A DNA stretch of 64,000 nucleotides from an uncultured Gemmatimonadaceae bacterium (GTDB lineage Bacteria; Gemmatimonadota; Gemmatimonadetes; Gemmatimonadales; Gemmatimonadaceae). The position numbers and the translations under genes were made by a program. The notes under the pieces are model-generated. The model made no database searches. It was not told where the DNA came from and worked only from the letters and a program-made list of their open reading frames with translations. Positions 27,772-40,125 of the stretch are shown here, one piece after another. The DNA is taken from the NCBI GenBank assembly GCA_963829055.1, contig CAWHHI010000011.1:288001-352000 (forward strand), in the 5' to 3' direction. The stretch's first letter is position 1. Every line of letters starts with the position of its first letter.

Positions 27772-28755
27772 TTAGGCGTCGGGACTGCTCGCGATCGAGC
27801 GCGCGAGTGGCCCCGGCGGCGTCAGTGACCGCGCATGCTCCTCCTTCGTGAATCGCCCGAGCAGGAGCTGGTACGCGACGAGGAGCTGAGCGATGGCCAA
27901 CGGATAGCTCTGACGTGTCTGGTTGCCATCCACGAAGTTTCCTGACCCACCGGGGAGCAACCGCTGCAGGTGCGCCCGCTGCGCCCACACCGCTTCCTCG
28001 ATGGCCACCGCCTGATCGGCATCGACCGATCCGCTCACCTCGAGAAACTCGGCGAGACGGCCGTGTTCGCGCCCCACGGCGAGGCGGAGGGCGGCCGCGC
28101 CGTTACCGCTGCGCGCGATCACGCCGCTGAGATCCGGATGCTCGAGCGTTGCACGCATGGTGAGCTGCACGTTCAACCGCTCGTAGTCCGCAGGCTGGCT
28201 TGGCGGATAGAACCGGACGACGAGATCAGCCCACCGCTTCTGAGGACGTATGTGCGCCGCCGAATCCACCTCGCGGCGCTCGAGCTCCGCGAGGACCTCG
28301 TCCGGCGTATAGCCCCGCTTCGCACAATCACGCGAGACCTTCCAGCGGCGTCGCAGCTCTTCGGGCGGATCGAGATACACCTTCACGTCGAAACACTCGC
28401 GCATGCGCGCCGAGTGGAACGCAAGCAGCCCTTCGACCAGCACGAACGGTTTCGGACGCACGTACTCCGGCGGGTCGAACGATCCGGTGCTGTGATTGTA
28501 GACGGGCTTGAGAATCGGATGCCCGTCCGCCAGCGCGCGGAGGTGCTGCTCGATGATGTCGATGTAGTTGCACGATGGATGCAGCGGCGTGATGCCGAGC
28601 TCTTTGCGACGCGCCCGATCATAGCGATGGTAGTCGTCGGTGCAGATCGTGGTGACCTGGTCCACACCGATCACCTGGGCGATGCCGGCAGTCAGCGTCG
28701 TCTTGCCGGCGGCGCTGTCGCCAACGATGCCGAGCATGATCGGGCGGTGTGGCAT
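27772..28755 (-). CDS. prk: phosphoribulokinase
   Basis: IMLGIVGDSAAGKTT Walker A, CTDDYHRYDR, ILKPVYNH..G, WKV.RD..KRG; last gene of the cbbLSX operon. Confidence 0.92.
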   Translation of the reverse strand: MPHRPIMLGIVGDSAAGKTTLTAGIAQVIGVDQVTTICTDDYHRYDRARRKELGITPLHPSCNYIDIIEQHLRALADGHPILKPVYNHSTGSFDPPEYVRPKPFVLVEGLLAFHSARMRECFDVKVYLDPPEELRRRWKVSRDCAKRGYTPDEVLAELERREVDSAAHIRPQKRWADLVVRFYPPSQPADYERLNVQLTMRATLEHPDLSGVIARSGNGAAALRLAVGREHGRLAEFLEVSGSVDADQAVAIEEAVWAQRAHLQRLLPGGSGNFVDGNQTRQSYPLAIAQLLVAYQLLLGRFTKEEHARSLTPPGPLARSIASSPDA

Positions 28756-28763
28756 CGGCGTCG

Positions 28764-29747
28764 CTACTCTGCGCCGTCGGCGGGCGGCGCGTCACGAAAC
28801 ACGCGACTCGCGCGAATGTCCGCCGCATCAATGCGCGACAGTTCGCGCGCCGGCACGGGTGCGGTTTGCCCGACGAGCCGGCTCGCCTGGCGCAGCTTCG
28901 CGCGGTCGATCGCGTTGCGCACGGAGCGCGCGTTCGAGAAATACGCCTGGTGCATCCGAAGCATGAGATATTCCCGCAACGTGGCGCGCGCTTCGTCATC
29001 CAGCTCGTACTGCTGTTCTCGCACCATCAACTCGGCGATTGCCATCAGCTCATCCGCGGTGAAATCCGGGAACTCGATGTGATGCGCGACGCGCGAGCGG
29101 AGCCCCGGATTGGCCTGAAAGAATGTGTCCATCTGATCTCCGTATCCCGCGAAGATCACGACGAGATCGTCGCGCTGGTTTTCCATGACGGCGAGCATCG
29201 TCTCGATCGCTTCCGCTCCGTAGTCGCGCTCGCTGTCGGCGCGGTAGAGGTAGTACGCCTCGTCGATGAACAAGACGCCGCCCATGGCCCGCTTCAGCAC
29301 CTCGCGCGTCTTCGGCGCGGTATGTCCCACGTACTGCCCGACGAGATCATCGCGGCCCGCGGTCACGAGGTGACCCTTGCGCACGTAGCCCAGGCGGTGG
29401 AGGATCGTCGCCATTCGTCGAGCGACCGTCGTCTTGCCGGTTCCCGGACGCCCCGTGAAGCTCATGTGAAGCGTCGGCTGCTCCGTTGCCCGCCCGGTTC
29501 GCTCGCGCAGCCGCGCGATGAGGAGCAGCGACGCGATCTCGCGGATGCGCGCCTTGACCGGAGCCAGGCCGACGAGCTCGCGATCGAGCTCCTCGATGAT
29601 GTCCGTCAGCCCCGCCGCGCGAAACGCGGCAGCAACATCGACCGTCGTACGGTCATCGAGTGCCACGCCTCCGGACAGCGCGGCAGCCGATTCGTTAGGC
29701 ATCGACGGCCCATCGCCAGGGACGACCGTCATTCGCGACGCGGTCAC
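28764..29747 (-). CDS. cbbX: red-type Rubisco activase CbbX (AAA+)
   Basis: [74 protein letters not shown]. Confidence 0.96.
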   Translation of the reverse strand: MTASRMTVVPGDGPSMPNESAAALSGGVALDDRTTVDVAAAFRAAGLTDIIEELDRELVGLAPVKARIREIASLLLIARLRERTGRATEQPTLHMSFTGRPGTGKTTVARRMATILHRLGYVRKGHLVTAGRDDLVGQYVGHTAPKTREVLKRAMGGVLFIDEAYYLYRADSERDYGAEAIETMLAVMENQRDDLVVIFAGYGDQMDTFFQANPGLRSRVAHHIEFPDFTADELMAIAELMVREQQYELDDEARATLREYLMLRMHQAYFSNARSVRNAIDRAKLRQASRLVGQTAPVPARELSRIDAADIRASRVFRDAPPADGAE

Positions 29748-30190
29748 TCGTCGGGGGCCGATCCGTTGCCACCGAGGTAACGCGACTCGGGAGGGCGCTC
29801 GGTCGCGTACGCATGTACGGTGTATCGGATGCTGCGATCCGCAGTCTCCTGGCGTTCGAGCCTGAACCCGGGTTCGTGCGGTGGGCGGGCTACGATGAAG
29901 CTGAGCGCGGTCGTCTGCCGGCCGTACGCCCGATCGTACGCCGTGACTTTCACGTAGCGGCCGGGAAACGCGTGCGTACACGCGGCGAGCTCCATGAGGA
30001 GGCCGGCCGGGTCGCGGAGATCGAACATCGGCGTGCCCCACATCTCCCAGTACACGTTGCGCGGGTGCGGGTCGTCGGTGTGCTCAATGGACACCGGCCA
30101 TCCCTGATCGATGCAGTATTGCACCTGAGCCGTGATCTGGTCGACGCTGAAATCCGGGAGGAACGAGAACGTCCCCTGTGTCAGGCGCAT
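29744..30190 (-). CDS. cbbS: Rubisco small subunit, red-type
   Basis: [53 protein letters not shown] hairpin extension. Confidence 0.97.
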   Translation of the reverse strand: MRLTQGTFSFLPDFSVDQITAQVQYCIDQGWPVSIEHTDDPHPRNVYWEMWGTPMFDLRDPAGLLMELAACTHAFPGRYVKVTAYDRAYGRQTTALSFIVARPPHEPGFRLERQETADRSIRYTVHAYATERPPESRYLGGNGSAPDE

Positions 30191-30236
30191 TGGCGGTCCT
30201 CCGGGAGGACAGAGTGGGCGTTAGGCATCGACATGC

Positions 30237-31757
<1,521 letters not shown>

Positions 31758-31963
31758 TTAGGACCACGCCCACTCTCGCGGGGAGTGACAGACGGATGGA
31801 GGGCTGGATGACCCACCCATTCGGTCCGATCACACCTGTTCGATCGGGTGGGGCCGTCCAGGTATCGAACTCACGACGCGCAGGCATCGAGCGAACCGGA
31901 GGGTATCCGGTATCTCGACGTACACCCTCGGTCGCTGAGTGCCGAGCAGTCAGTCGATGGGGT

Positions 31964-32027
31964 TGTCATTCCGAGCGGAGGCCGCAGGCCGCTCGCTCGG
32001 AATGACATGCCTCCGCTCGCAATGACA
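31964..32027. repeat. REP-like palindromic element (TGTCATTCCGAGCG...CGCTCGGAATGACA)
   Basis: Inverted repeat plus a partial second copy; same family at about 62155-62308 and 63852-63925. Confidence 0.7.
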
Positions 32028-32148
32028 CCAGCGGGCGGATACGGGGACTGAAACCTGATGACTCATACTGAGCGACTGGCACACTTGGTACTCGGCAGGC
32101 CGCCGCCGGATGCCCTGTTCCACCTTGACGTGGAAATGGAGAACTGCG

Positions 32149-32796
32149 CTAGCCTCGCCCGGAGGACTTGAGGTGGGCTGCCGCCGCCTCCGTCCGATTG
32201 CTCACTTTCAGCTTCATGTAGATGTTCTGCAGATGAAACTTCACCGTGTTCTCACTCACGCGAAGTTTCGTCGCGATCACGGCGTTCGTCGCGCCCTCGG
32301 CCACGAGGTCGAGCACCGCGCGCTCGCGCGTCGTTAGGTCCGCGCCCGGCGGCCCAGGATTCCGCCCCAGCAGCCATCGCTTCGCGGCACTCGGGAACAC
32401 CAGCTGTCCATGGTACACCTGACGGATCGACTCGATCGTCTGCCGCGGCGGCTCCGTCTTGAGCGCGTAGCCATCCGCGCCTCCCTCGAGCGCTGCGCGC
32501 ATCATCGCGCCATCGCTGTACCCCGTCAGCACCAGCACGCGCACCGGAATTCCCTCGGCGCGAATGCGCGCGAGACATGCCAGCCCTCCGGTCGTGCCCA
32601 TGTCGAGATCCATCGCGACCACGTGCGGATGGTGGCGTCGGATCTCCGTCAGCAACTGTTCACCGTTCGTCGCGGTGGCGACGACCAGGAAATCCGGCTC
32701 CGCCTGCAGCAGCGCGCGCAGCCCCTCCAGCACGAGCGCGTGATCGTCCGCCAGCGCGATCCGAATTCGAGCGTCCCGTCGCTCCGCTTCGATCAC
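32149..32796 (-). CDS. NarL/LuxR-family response regulator
   Basis: LADDHALVLEGL, MDLDM, GADGYALK, LTTRERAVL..GATN..IA..L.VSENTVKFHLQNIY.KL.V.NR. Confidence 0.95.
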   Translation of the reverse strand: MIEAERRDARIRIALADDHALVLEGLRALLQAEPDFLVVATATNGEQLLTEIRRHHPHVVAMDLDMGTTGGLACLARIRAEGIPVRVLVLTGYSDGAMMRAALEGGADGYALKTEPPRQTIESIRQVYHGQLVFPSAAKRWLLGRNPGPPGADLTTRERAVLDLVAEGATNAVIATKLRVSENTVKFHLQNIYMKLKVSNRTEAAAAHLKSSGRG

Positions 32797-33473
32797 CCCG
32801 CCGGTACCTCTGCCACGACCACCGTACCCCCGCCGAGTGTGCTCTCGATACGGAGTCGACCGCCGACCATAGCAATGCGGTCGTGCATGCCGCGCAAGCC
32901 GAACCGATCACCGCTCGGCTCGCGGGAAGGGTCGAATCCCGACCCGTCATCACGGACCTCGAGGCGCAGCCAGTTCTCATCATCTCGCGTGATGGCGAAG
33001 AGCTGAATCACCACGCTGCGCGCACCACCATGCCGGTACGCGTTCGAGAGCGCCTCCTGCAGCACACGATAGACAGCGATCTTCGAGGCCACGCCGATCG
33101 TCGGCACCGGTTCGGCGAACGCGACCGAGACTTCGGTGTCCGTCACCGCTTCGTGCTGCAGCACCAGGCCCTCGACGAGCGGGCGCAGGTCGCGCGTCTC
33201 GAACCCGGGGGCCCGCAGCGTCCCGAGCGACGAGCGGATCTCGTCGAGCGCAGACTCGAGCAGTCGCCGCGCGCGCGTCAGGCGGTCGAGCGCACGCTCG
33301 CGCGCCTCGCCGACCTCGAGGACGTGACCGAGCAGGTCCAGCTGCAACAGCGCGGCGTAGACGTACTGCACAGGCCCGTCATGGATGTCGAGCAGAATGC
33401 GCTGCTGCTCGCGCTCGGCAAGCTGCAGGATGCGGCGCGGTGCGTCGTCGCGCATCGGGTCCGCACTGGTCAC
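32793..33473 (-). CDS. HisKA_3-type histidine kinase with no evident sensor domain
   Basis: EREQQRILLDIHDGPVQ (H box), YRVLQEALSNAYRH, VRDDGSGFD, FGLRGM.DR...GG, GGGT. Confidence 0.88.
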   Translation of the reverse strand: MTSADPMRDDAPRRILQLAEREQQRILLDIHDGPVQYVYAALLQLDLLGHVLEVGEARERALDRLTRARRLLESALDEIRSSLGTLRAPGFETRDLRPLVEGLVLQHEAVTDTEVSVAFAEPVPTIGVASKIAVYRVLQEALSNAYRHGGARSVVIQLFAITRDDENWLRLEVRDDGSGFDPSREPSGDRFGLRGMHDRIAMVGGRLRIESTLGGGTVVVAEVPAG

Positions 33474-33486
33474 CGGGCCACGATGC

Positions 33487-33753
33487 CTAACGGTGCCAGC
33501 GCTGGGCGAGGAGCCAGAGATGGAGCACGAGCGCAGCCAGCAACGGCACCGCCAACAGGACGATCGATGCGCCTGCCATCGCCCATCGCACCGCCACGAG
33601 TAAGGCGATGCCCGCTCCCAGAAAGGCCGCAAGCTCGCGCAGCGCGACGCCACGCCCGGTAGCGGCGCGGAGCGCGGCAAGGATCGCCGCCTCCGCTACC
33701 GTCGCACCGAGCACCCAGTCGATGAGCCACAGACCCTGGCCTCCGTCCACCAC
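33487..33753 (-). CDS. small membrane protein resembling a conserved PGC hypothetical
   Basis: Hydrophobic 88 aa (ID.VL....EA..L......GRG..LGAG..LL.A.R..A..H...RW) directly downstream of pufC. Confidence 0.65.
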   Translation of the reverse strand: MVDGGQGLWLIDWVLGATVAEAAILAALRAATGRGVALRELAAFLGAGIALLVAVRWAMAGASIVLLAVPLLAALVLHLWLLAQRWHR

Positions 33754-33841
33754 GACGTCACCTCGACTGGAGGTAGAGCTGCCAGCCCGCGGGCGTTCGC
33801 AACACTTCCCATCCCCTCACACGCACACGGACTGGCATCGA

Positions 33842-35041
33842 TCACCGAGGCGGGCGACGCCCGCTACTATCCACCGTTCGAGCCGTAGAGTCGGCGGCCG
33901 GCGCGGGAGCCAGCGGAGTCACGGTGACCGGGCTCGGCGTCCCGGGTACCGTCGTACCTAACGCCTGCGCAATCCCCGGCCTCGGCGCCGGTCGGGACAG
34001 CGGCACCAGCGGTGCAGCGCGCGGCGATCGATCCGTGGGAATCGAGTCGGCGGCACGCAGGTCGATCTGGCCCGCGTGCGTCGTGTCGCTCGGCAGCAGC
34101 GCTTCCCATGGGCCCGCATGGCCCCACAATGCGGGGTAATCCTTCACCATCGCGGCGCCATAGAGCGGTTTGTAGACGCCCTGGTGGCACGTGAGACACT
34201 GGAGCTTCGGCGGGTCGCCTAACGGGCCCCGGCGGGCGACGGGGAACGTCGTCCCCAGTGGCGTCAGGTAGGTCGAGTTCAGCTCGCGCACCATGCGCAG
34301 TCCGTACAACGCCGTCACGCGGGCCGGCGGTGCGTTCTGCCACGTCTCCCACGAACGACTGTTGTGGCAGAACGTGCAGTTCACGCCAAGCGAGCGCGAC
34401 ATGCCGATCATGAGCCCGTACGTGTTCTCGGCCTGCTTGATCGACGACCGGTTCGCCGCGGTTGGCGTCACCGTGTACGACTGCACGCGGACATTGGAGC
34501 GATCCAGGTACGCACGCAGGTACTGGTTCTCGTCCGTGTAGTGCCAGATGCCGACCGGCACTGGTGCACCGCGGTGACACGTGTAGCACGTGACACCGGT
34601 CTGCCCGACGTGCGCGCGCCAGTTCGTGTTGACGTTCCGCGTCATCTGCAGCATGCGCCGCGCGACGACCTTCGTGTACAGTGAGTCGGACGCGAAGTTG
34701 GTGAGCACGTGGCAGTACGCGCAGTTGCCGGCATTACCCCCGACCCACTGCGACATTGCAGTCATGGTCCGCGTGAACTCGGCCGCGCTGACGTCGGTGA
34801 GCACCTGCACGTTTTGCCACTGGGCAGGCACGGACGGGCCGGCCGGCGGCAGAGGCGCAGGCGCGCGGTTGAGGGCGACCGTTTTCCGGAGCTCGGAGTT
34901 GTCGTAGTTCGCTTCCTCGCCAACGCCACGGTAGCCGACCTGCACGGTTGTCTTGCCGCCGCCCTCGCAGGCGATGGCCCCGATCACGAGCAGACTGACG
35001 GCGACGAGCTGCCACCAGCGATTGCTCCGCGCTGGCGTCAT
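33842..35041 (-). CDS. pufC: reaction-centre tetraheme cytochrome c subunit
   Basis: Lipobox GAIAC, VQVGYRG, four CxxCH motifs (CAYCH, CYTCH, CTFCH, CLTCH), KPLYG. Confidence 0.96.
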   Translation of the reverse strand: MTPARSNRWWQLVAVSLLVIGAIACEGGGKTTVQVGYRGVGEEANYDNSELRKTVALNRAPAPLPPAGPSVPAQWQNVQVLTDVSAAEFTRTMTAMSQWVGGNAGNCAYCHVLTNFASDSLYTKVVARRMLQMTRNVNTNWRAHVGQTGVTCYTCHRGAPVPVGIWHYTDENQYLRAYLDRSNVRVQSYTVTPTAANRSSIKQAENTYGLMIGMSRSLGVNCTFCHNSRSWETWQNAPPARVTALYGLRMVRELNSTYLTPLGTTFPVARRGPLGDPPKLQCLTCHQGVYKPLYGAAMVKDYPALWGHAGPWEALLPSDTTHAGQIDLRAADSIPTDRSPRAAPLVPLSRPAPRPGIAQALGTTVPGTPSPVTVTPLAPAPAADSTARTVDSSGRRPPR

Positions 35042-36271
35042 GGTCGCCTCCGCGTGGTGTCGCGCCGATTCGCCGAGTCCGGCCTGGTCGCGGCACCGCC
35101 GGGTAGCGTGACCGCGGGATTTGCCTGGCTCGCCGGCGGCAGGGCCGCGGGTGTTGTGTTAGGCACGCCGGGGACGATGCCGCGTGGCTCGTCACGGGCG
35201 GGCGTCGGGAATGGCGTTCCCGGAGCAGACTGGCTCGGTGTCGGGGCCGTCAGCCTGAGCCCGGTGCCGGGGAATGTGTCCGGCGGTGCGCCCTGGTAGA
35301 CGCCTCGGAGATCCTCGACCTTCTGCGGCGTGACGATGAAATGCGCGGGATACTCCGGCGCGATGCCGTGCTTCACACCCCACAGATACCAGTTGTCGAC
35401 GGCTGTGCCGGTGAGCAGAATGCCGATACCACCAGTGAACGTGGTGAGAAACGCGAACCACCACGCCCACCGGTGAATGGACTCCATGGTGGCGTTCCAC
35501 CCCATTGTCCAGCGCCAGAACAGCATCGACCGCTCGGTCGCTGTGCCGCGATCCGTGATCTGCTCGATCTCACGCTCCGCGCCCAGGCGGCTCGCCGCGA
35601 GGATCGTCGCGCCGTGCATCGCGAACAGCAGCGTCGATCCATAGAGGAACGCGATCGACAGCATGTGGAACGGATTGTAGAACAGGTTCCCGTAGCGAAT
35701 CGAGAACGCGGCCGTCCAGTCGAGGTGCGGGAAGATGCCGAACGGCACCGCCTCGCCCCAGCTGCCCATGAGCAGCGGACGGATGAAGCCTAACGATAGG
35801 TAGAGGAAGATCGCCGACGCGAACGCCCACGGCGAGATGCAGTCCCAGCCCAAGCGATCGTGCACGGCGGTAGATGCGCACCCACCAGAGCAGGATCGAC
35901 GCGGTGAGGAAGAAGCCGGCCATGAGCCACCATCCGCCCTGATTGAGCGGCGGGATGTGCAGGCCGTACCCCGGCGGCGGCGGCTCGAGCGCGAGCCACG
36001 GCAGGCGGCGAATGAACTCGATGGGGCTCCACCCCACGGACGCCCACATGTTGAGCCCGATGATCTCGATCGCGATGAATCCGCAGATGAGCGACGCGAT
36101 GCCCGTCCGCCCGAGATAGATCGGTCCCACCTGCGCGTCACCGATCTTCCCCAGCCAGTAGCTGAAGCTCGGCGACCACTGCCGGATCCACGATGACTGG
36201 TCGATCGGCACACCCCAGTCGGGCGCCGTTCGGACCTGCACTTTCGTGAACAGATTCTGGTATTCCGCCAT
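35038..36271 (-). CDS. pufM: reaction centre M subunit with long C-terminal extension (1-nt frameshift near 35834)
   Basis: [67 protein letters not shown]. Confidence 0.97.
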
Positions 36272-36281
36272 GACCGCCTCG

Positions 36282-37106
36282 CTAGCGCCAGATGGGGAGG
36301 TTCAACCACCAGTTCCACCACTCGGGCCATCCGCGCGTCCACAGCGGACCGCTCACCACGATGCAGAGCGCGCTGAAGATTCCGGCCCCGAGTGCGAGCG
36401 CCAATCCGAGGCGATGGATGCCGACTGCGCCGATCGAGTACCCGAGCACGTCGCGAAAGAACGTGTTCTCGTGCTCGCTGGTTTTCACCGGCTCACCCTT
36501 CTTCGGATTCACCATCGACAGGATGAGTGAGCCGTGCATGCTGAGCGCGAGCGTCGTCGTGAAGAACAGCGTCACGGCGATCATGTGCAGCGGGTTGTAA
36601 TGAAAATGCAGATACTGGTACCCGACGTTGGAAACCCAATCGAGATGGCTGAGAATCCCGTACGGGAACCCGTGACCCCATGCGCCGAGCAGCAGCGGGC
36701 GGATCACGACGAGCGTGACGTACGCGAAGATCGCGACGCTGTAGGCGACCGGGACGTGATAGCCCATGCCCAGCTTGCGAGCGATCTCCGCCTGGCGTAG
36801 CGCCCACGACACGAACGCCCCGATCGCGGAGAACGTGATGAGCTGCCACAGCCCGCCTTCGCGAAGCGGCGCGAGCCCGAGCCCATACTTGAGGTCCGGG
36901 GGCGAGATGTTGATGCGCCAGATATTCCACGTCGGTCCGAGGGCAGCCGCCCAGACACATAACGCGGTGCCGAGCACGGCGAAGAAGATGGTCGTGACGC
37001 CGAAGAAGCCGACGTAGAACGGACCGATCCAGAAGTCGAACAGGTCTCCACCGACGAGCGTCCCGCCACGGACGCGGTACTTCGATTCGAAACTGAGCAT
37101 CGCCAT
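36282..37106 (-). CDS. pufL: reaction centre L subunit
   Basis: [47 protein letters not shown]. Confidence 0.98.
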   Translation of the reverse strand: MAMLSFESKYRVRGGTLVGGDLFDFWIGPFYVGFFGVTTIFFAVLGTALCVWAAALGPTWNIWRINISPPDLKYGLGLAPLREGGLWQLITFSAIGAFVSWALRQAEIARKLGMGYHVPVAYSVAIFAYVTLVVIRPLLLGAWGHGFPYGILSHLDWVSNVGYQYLHFHYNPLHMIAVTLFFTTTLALSMHGSLILSMVNPKKGEPVKTSEHENTFFRDVLGYSIGAVGIHRLGLALALGAGIFSALCIVVSGPLWTRGWPEWWNWWLNLPIWR

Positions 37107-37226
37107 GGGCCGGTTCTCCTCCCCACAGATGAAGACTCGCGACGACGAGTCGCGACGGTCCGTTCGCTCGGGGTGAGGGCCGGCGGCCCCATGAGCGGCG
37201 CCACCGTTCCCCCTCCCGACGTTGCC

Positions 37227-37415
37227 CTAACGACTACCCGGCGGAAGCGGCGACATGTCCGCCGCCGCCGTGCCGGAGCGGCGCCCGGCGTCGAGCCAGT
37301 TGAACCGGTCGGTGCTGAGCAGGATGAAGTGGATCACGAGCGCGAGCACGAACAGGAACGTGAACAACGCGATCAGCGTCCGCCGCGGATCGAAGAGCAT
37401 CCAGATGCGATACAT
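37227..37415 (-). CDS. pufA: LH1 alpha polypeptide
   Basis: [30 protein letters not shown]. Confidence 0.96.
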   Translation of the reverse strand: MYRIWMLFDPRRTLIALFTFLFVLALVIHFILLSTDRFNWLDAGRRSGTAAADMSPLPPGSR

Positions 37416-37424
37416 GGGAGTCTC

Positions 37425-37652
37425 CTAGCGCGTGGCGTTCGTGGCGGGAGCGGTCTGCGCCGCTACCGGATAGCCTGCCACACCCGGAATCCACGGCCGC
37501 CACTGCCACACCAGCCAGTGTGCAACCACGGCGATGAGCGTGAACACGATGAAGCTGGTCACGAAGACACGGTGGAACCCCCGCGCCTCGTCTTCGCTGA
37601 GGCCCGACGCTGAAGACGGCGGGCGAGCCGTCGGTGAAACGCCTGTGGACAT
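37425..37652 (-). CDS. pufB: LH1 beta polypeptide
   Basis: SGLSEDEARGFH..F..IAVVAHWLVWQWRPW. Confidence 0.96.
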   Translation of the reverse strand: MSTGVSPTARPPSSASGLSEDEARGFHRVFVTSFIVFTLIAVVAHWLVWQWRPWIPGVAGYPVAAQTAPATNATR

Positions 37653-37751
37653 AGCTCCTCCTGTTAGGTTGCGGGTGCTACACGTGCCGCGTGCCGAGCG
37701 CGCGGCGGGTTCGGCGGCGCACCCCGACCGCGCCGCACACTCGAGAGATCA

Positions 37752-38633
37752 ATGACCGAACAGCGACTGGCCTGGACCGAATGGCGCGACCGCTGGCCTA
37801 ACGCGGCCCACAGTCGGTTCGTCGAGGCCGGCGGCGTCCGCTGGCATGTCCAGGTCGCCGGGGCCGGACCACCAGCCCTGCTGCTGCACGGCGCCGGTGG
37901 CGCCACGCATTCGTGGGCCGACCTGCTGCCTCGGCTCGCGACGCGGTTTACCGTCATCGCACCGGATCTGCCTGGCCACGCCTTCAGCAGCGCGCCGTCT
38001 GATCCGTCGCGGCTGTCGCTCGGCGGCATGGCCGGGGACGTTGCCGCGCTGCTCGCCATGCTCGGCCTGTCGCCACGTGTCCTGATCGGCCACTCGGCCG
38101 GCGCCGCGATCTTGCTCCGCATCGTCGCGGATGGCACCGTCGCGCCCGACATCATCGTCGGTTTCAACGCCGCCCTTGCGGCACCGACCGCCGCGGCCGA
38201 CGCAGCCCTGTTGCCGGCCGTGCGCTTCATCGCGCGAACGGCAGGTGTGGCACGCGTCATCAGCACGATCGCACGGTTCGACGGCGTCGCCGATTCACTG
38301 TTGCAGTCGACGGGCACGTCACTCCCGGCCGAGCAGAGATTACGGTACAGGGCGCTCGCACAGTCGCCCGCCCACGTCCAGGCCGTGTTCACGATGTTCG
38401 CGAACTGGGACGTCAGCGCACTCACGCGCGCGATCGCATCCATCACCACGCCTACGACGTTCGCCAGCGCGCCTAACGATCCGTGGGTCCCACCCAGGCA
38501 GACCGAGCGCGTGGCCGCGACCATGCCGGCAGCGCGGTGTGTCGCGTTGCCGCCAGCCGGCCATCTGGCACACGAAGTGGAGCCCGCCGCGGCCATGGAT
38601 GTCGTCCTCGGCGCGATCGACCGACCTACGTAG
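37752..38633 (+). CDS. bchO: BchO alpha/beta hydrolase
   Basis: WPNAAHSRFV..RWHVQ..G.GP..LLLHG.G.ATHSW, PDLPGHAFS, GHSAGAAI, GHLAHE. Confidence 0.88.
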   Translation: MTEQRLAWTEWRDRWPNAAHSRFVEAGGVRWHVQVAGAGPPALLLHGAGGATHSWADLLPRLATRFTVIAPDLPGHAFSSAPSDPSRLSLGGMAGDVAALLAMLGLSPRVLIGHSAGAAILLRIVADGTVAPDIIVGFNAALAAPTAAADAALLPAVRFIARTAGVARVISTIARFDGVADSLLQSTGTSLPAEQRLRYRALAQSPAHVQAVFTMFANWDVSALTRAIASITTPTTFASAPNDPWVPPRQTERVAATMPAARCVALPPAGHLAHEVEPAAAMDVVLGAIDRPT

Positions 38634-38654
38634 CCGCTCACGCGCGTCACAGCG

Positions 38655-40106
38655 TCAGGCATGCGCGCCTGCCAGCGCGCCGCGCGCGCGTTCGACGTAC
38701 GACGTGGTCACGAGCTCGGCGCCTTCGCGCCGGGCGTCGCGCTCTGCCTTGTCTCGCAGCCGCTTGGCCGCCGAGATCCGAGCCACGAACGGCTCCGCCG
38801 CGACGAGCTCATCGAGCCGGTTCTGTGCTGCGTCGTCCCAGGGGAGCGAGGCACCCTTCGCCGGCGTCGGATCGATCTTGTCCAGGTCGGTGCCTAACGG
38901 GATGATGTTGAACAGGACATCGAACAGCGCGTTGCAGATCTCCTGGACGACGTACGTCGCGCCAGCGTAGCCCATGAACGGCGTGCCCGTATGCCGTCGA
39001 ATGGCCGCGCCCGGGAACGACGCCGGGATGTAAATCGACCGGCCACCGGCCTCGGCCAGATACATCCGCTCGTTGTAGCTGCCGAACACCACCATCGCCG
39101 GCTTCTCGCGCAGCATCGTGCGCACTGCCGCGTTGTCCGGCTTCACGCCGGCGCGACGCGACACCGAGAACGTACAGGGCAAGCCGAGCTCGTCCTCGAG
39201 GAAGTGACGGAGCCCGCGCGCATACGTCTCACCCGCAACGACGGCGAAGCTGGCCGTCGGGAAGAAGTCCTGCGTGACACTGCGCCAGAGATCCCACAAC
39301 GGCTTCACCGTCGTGTGCTTCTCGCGCTCGATGAATGGCTCGGGGTCGACCCCCACCAGCGAGCCTAACGTGCGCAGGAACTCGGTGGTCGAGAACAACC
39401 CGATGGGCGCCTGGAGATACGGCACCTCCAACCCTTCGCAGAGCTGGCGGCCGAACTCTCGATACATGCAGACGTTCACGTCGGCGTCCACGAGCCGCGG
39501 GATATCGGCGAGATGGCTGCCGAGCGGGAACACCATGTTGATCTCGCAGCCCACCCCCTCCACGAGCCGCCGTACCTCCGCCACATTGCTCGGCATGTTG
39601 AACGTGCCGTAGATGGGCCCGATGATGTTCACGCGCGGCTTCGAGCCCGGTGCGCGCTCCTTCGGCTTCGGGCGCACGCCTTTCTTGAGGCCGTACTCCG
39701 TCCACAGCCAGAACATTGCGCGGTTCGCGGCCTGCCACTGATCCTCGTCGATCGTGCGCGGGAGGAACCGCACGAGGTTCGATCCCTCGGGTGTCACGCC
39801 ACCACCAATCATCTCGGCGATGCTGCCCGTGACGACAACCGCCGGCTCGTCGGGATCGAGCGTCGCACCCGCACGCCGCATCGCCTTCTCGGTTCCGTCC
39901 ATCGCGAGGTTGTCCTCGGACAAACCGGTCACGACGATCGGCAACTCGTGAGGCGGCAAGCCGTCAGTGTAGTGGAGCACCGCCGTCACCGGCAGGTTCT
40001 CGCACCCGACAGGGCCATCGATCACGACCTGAAGTCCCTTGAGCGCCGTGAACACGTACACGGCGCCCCAGTAGCCTCCGGCCCGATCGTGGTCGAGCAC
40101 TAGCAT
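38655..40106 (-). CDS. bchZ: chlorophyllide reductase subunit Z
   Basis: [39 protein letters not shown]. Confidence 0.97.
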   Translation of the reverse strand: MLVLDHDRAGGYWGAVYVFTALKGLQVVIDGPVGCENLPVTAVLHYTDGLPPHELPIVVTGLSEDNLAMDGTEKAMRRAGATLDPDEPAVVVTGSIAEMIGGGVTPEGSNLVRFLPRTIDEDQWQAANRAMFWLWTEYGLKKGVRPKPKERAPGSKPRVNIIGPIYGTFNMPSNVAEVRRLVEGVGCEINMVFPLGSHLADIPRLVDADVNVCMYREFGRQLCEGLEVPYLQAPIGLFSTTEFLRTLGSLVGVDPEPFIEREKHTTVKPLWDLWRSVTQDFFPTASFAVVAGETYARGLRHFLEDELGLPCTFSVSRRAGVKPDNAAVRTMLREKPAMVVFGSYNERMYLAEAGGRSIYIPASFPGAAIRRHTGTPFMGYAGATYVVQEICNALFDVLFNIIPLGTDLDKIDPTPAKGASLPWDDAAQNRLDELVAAEPFVARISAAKRLRDKAERDARREGAELVTTSYVERARGALAGAHA

Positions 40107-40125
40107 GACACGCTCATCGCGACGC

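Noticed and set aside
37107..37226. Extra antenna gene or ncRNA between pufA and pufL
   Set aside because: Only short GC hairpins (about 37134-37155), consistent with the usual puf mRNA stem-loop; no LH-like ORF, and no pucBA recognised in the window
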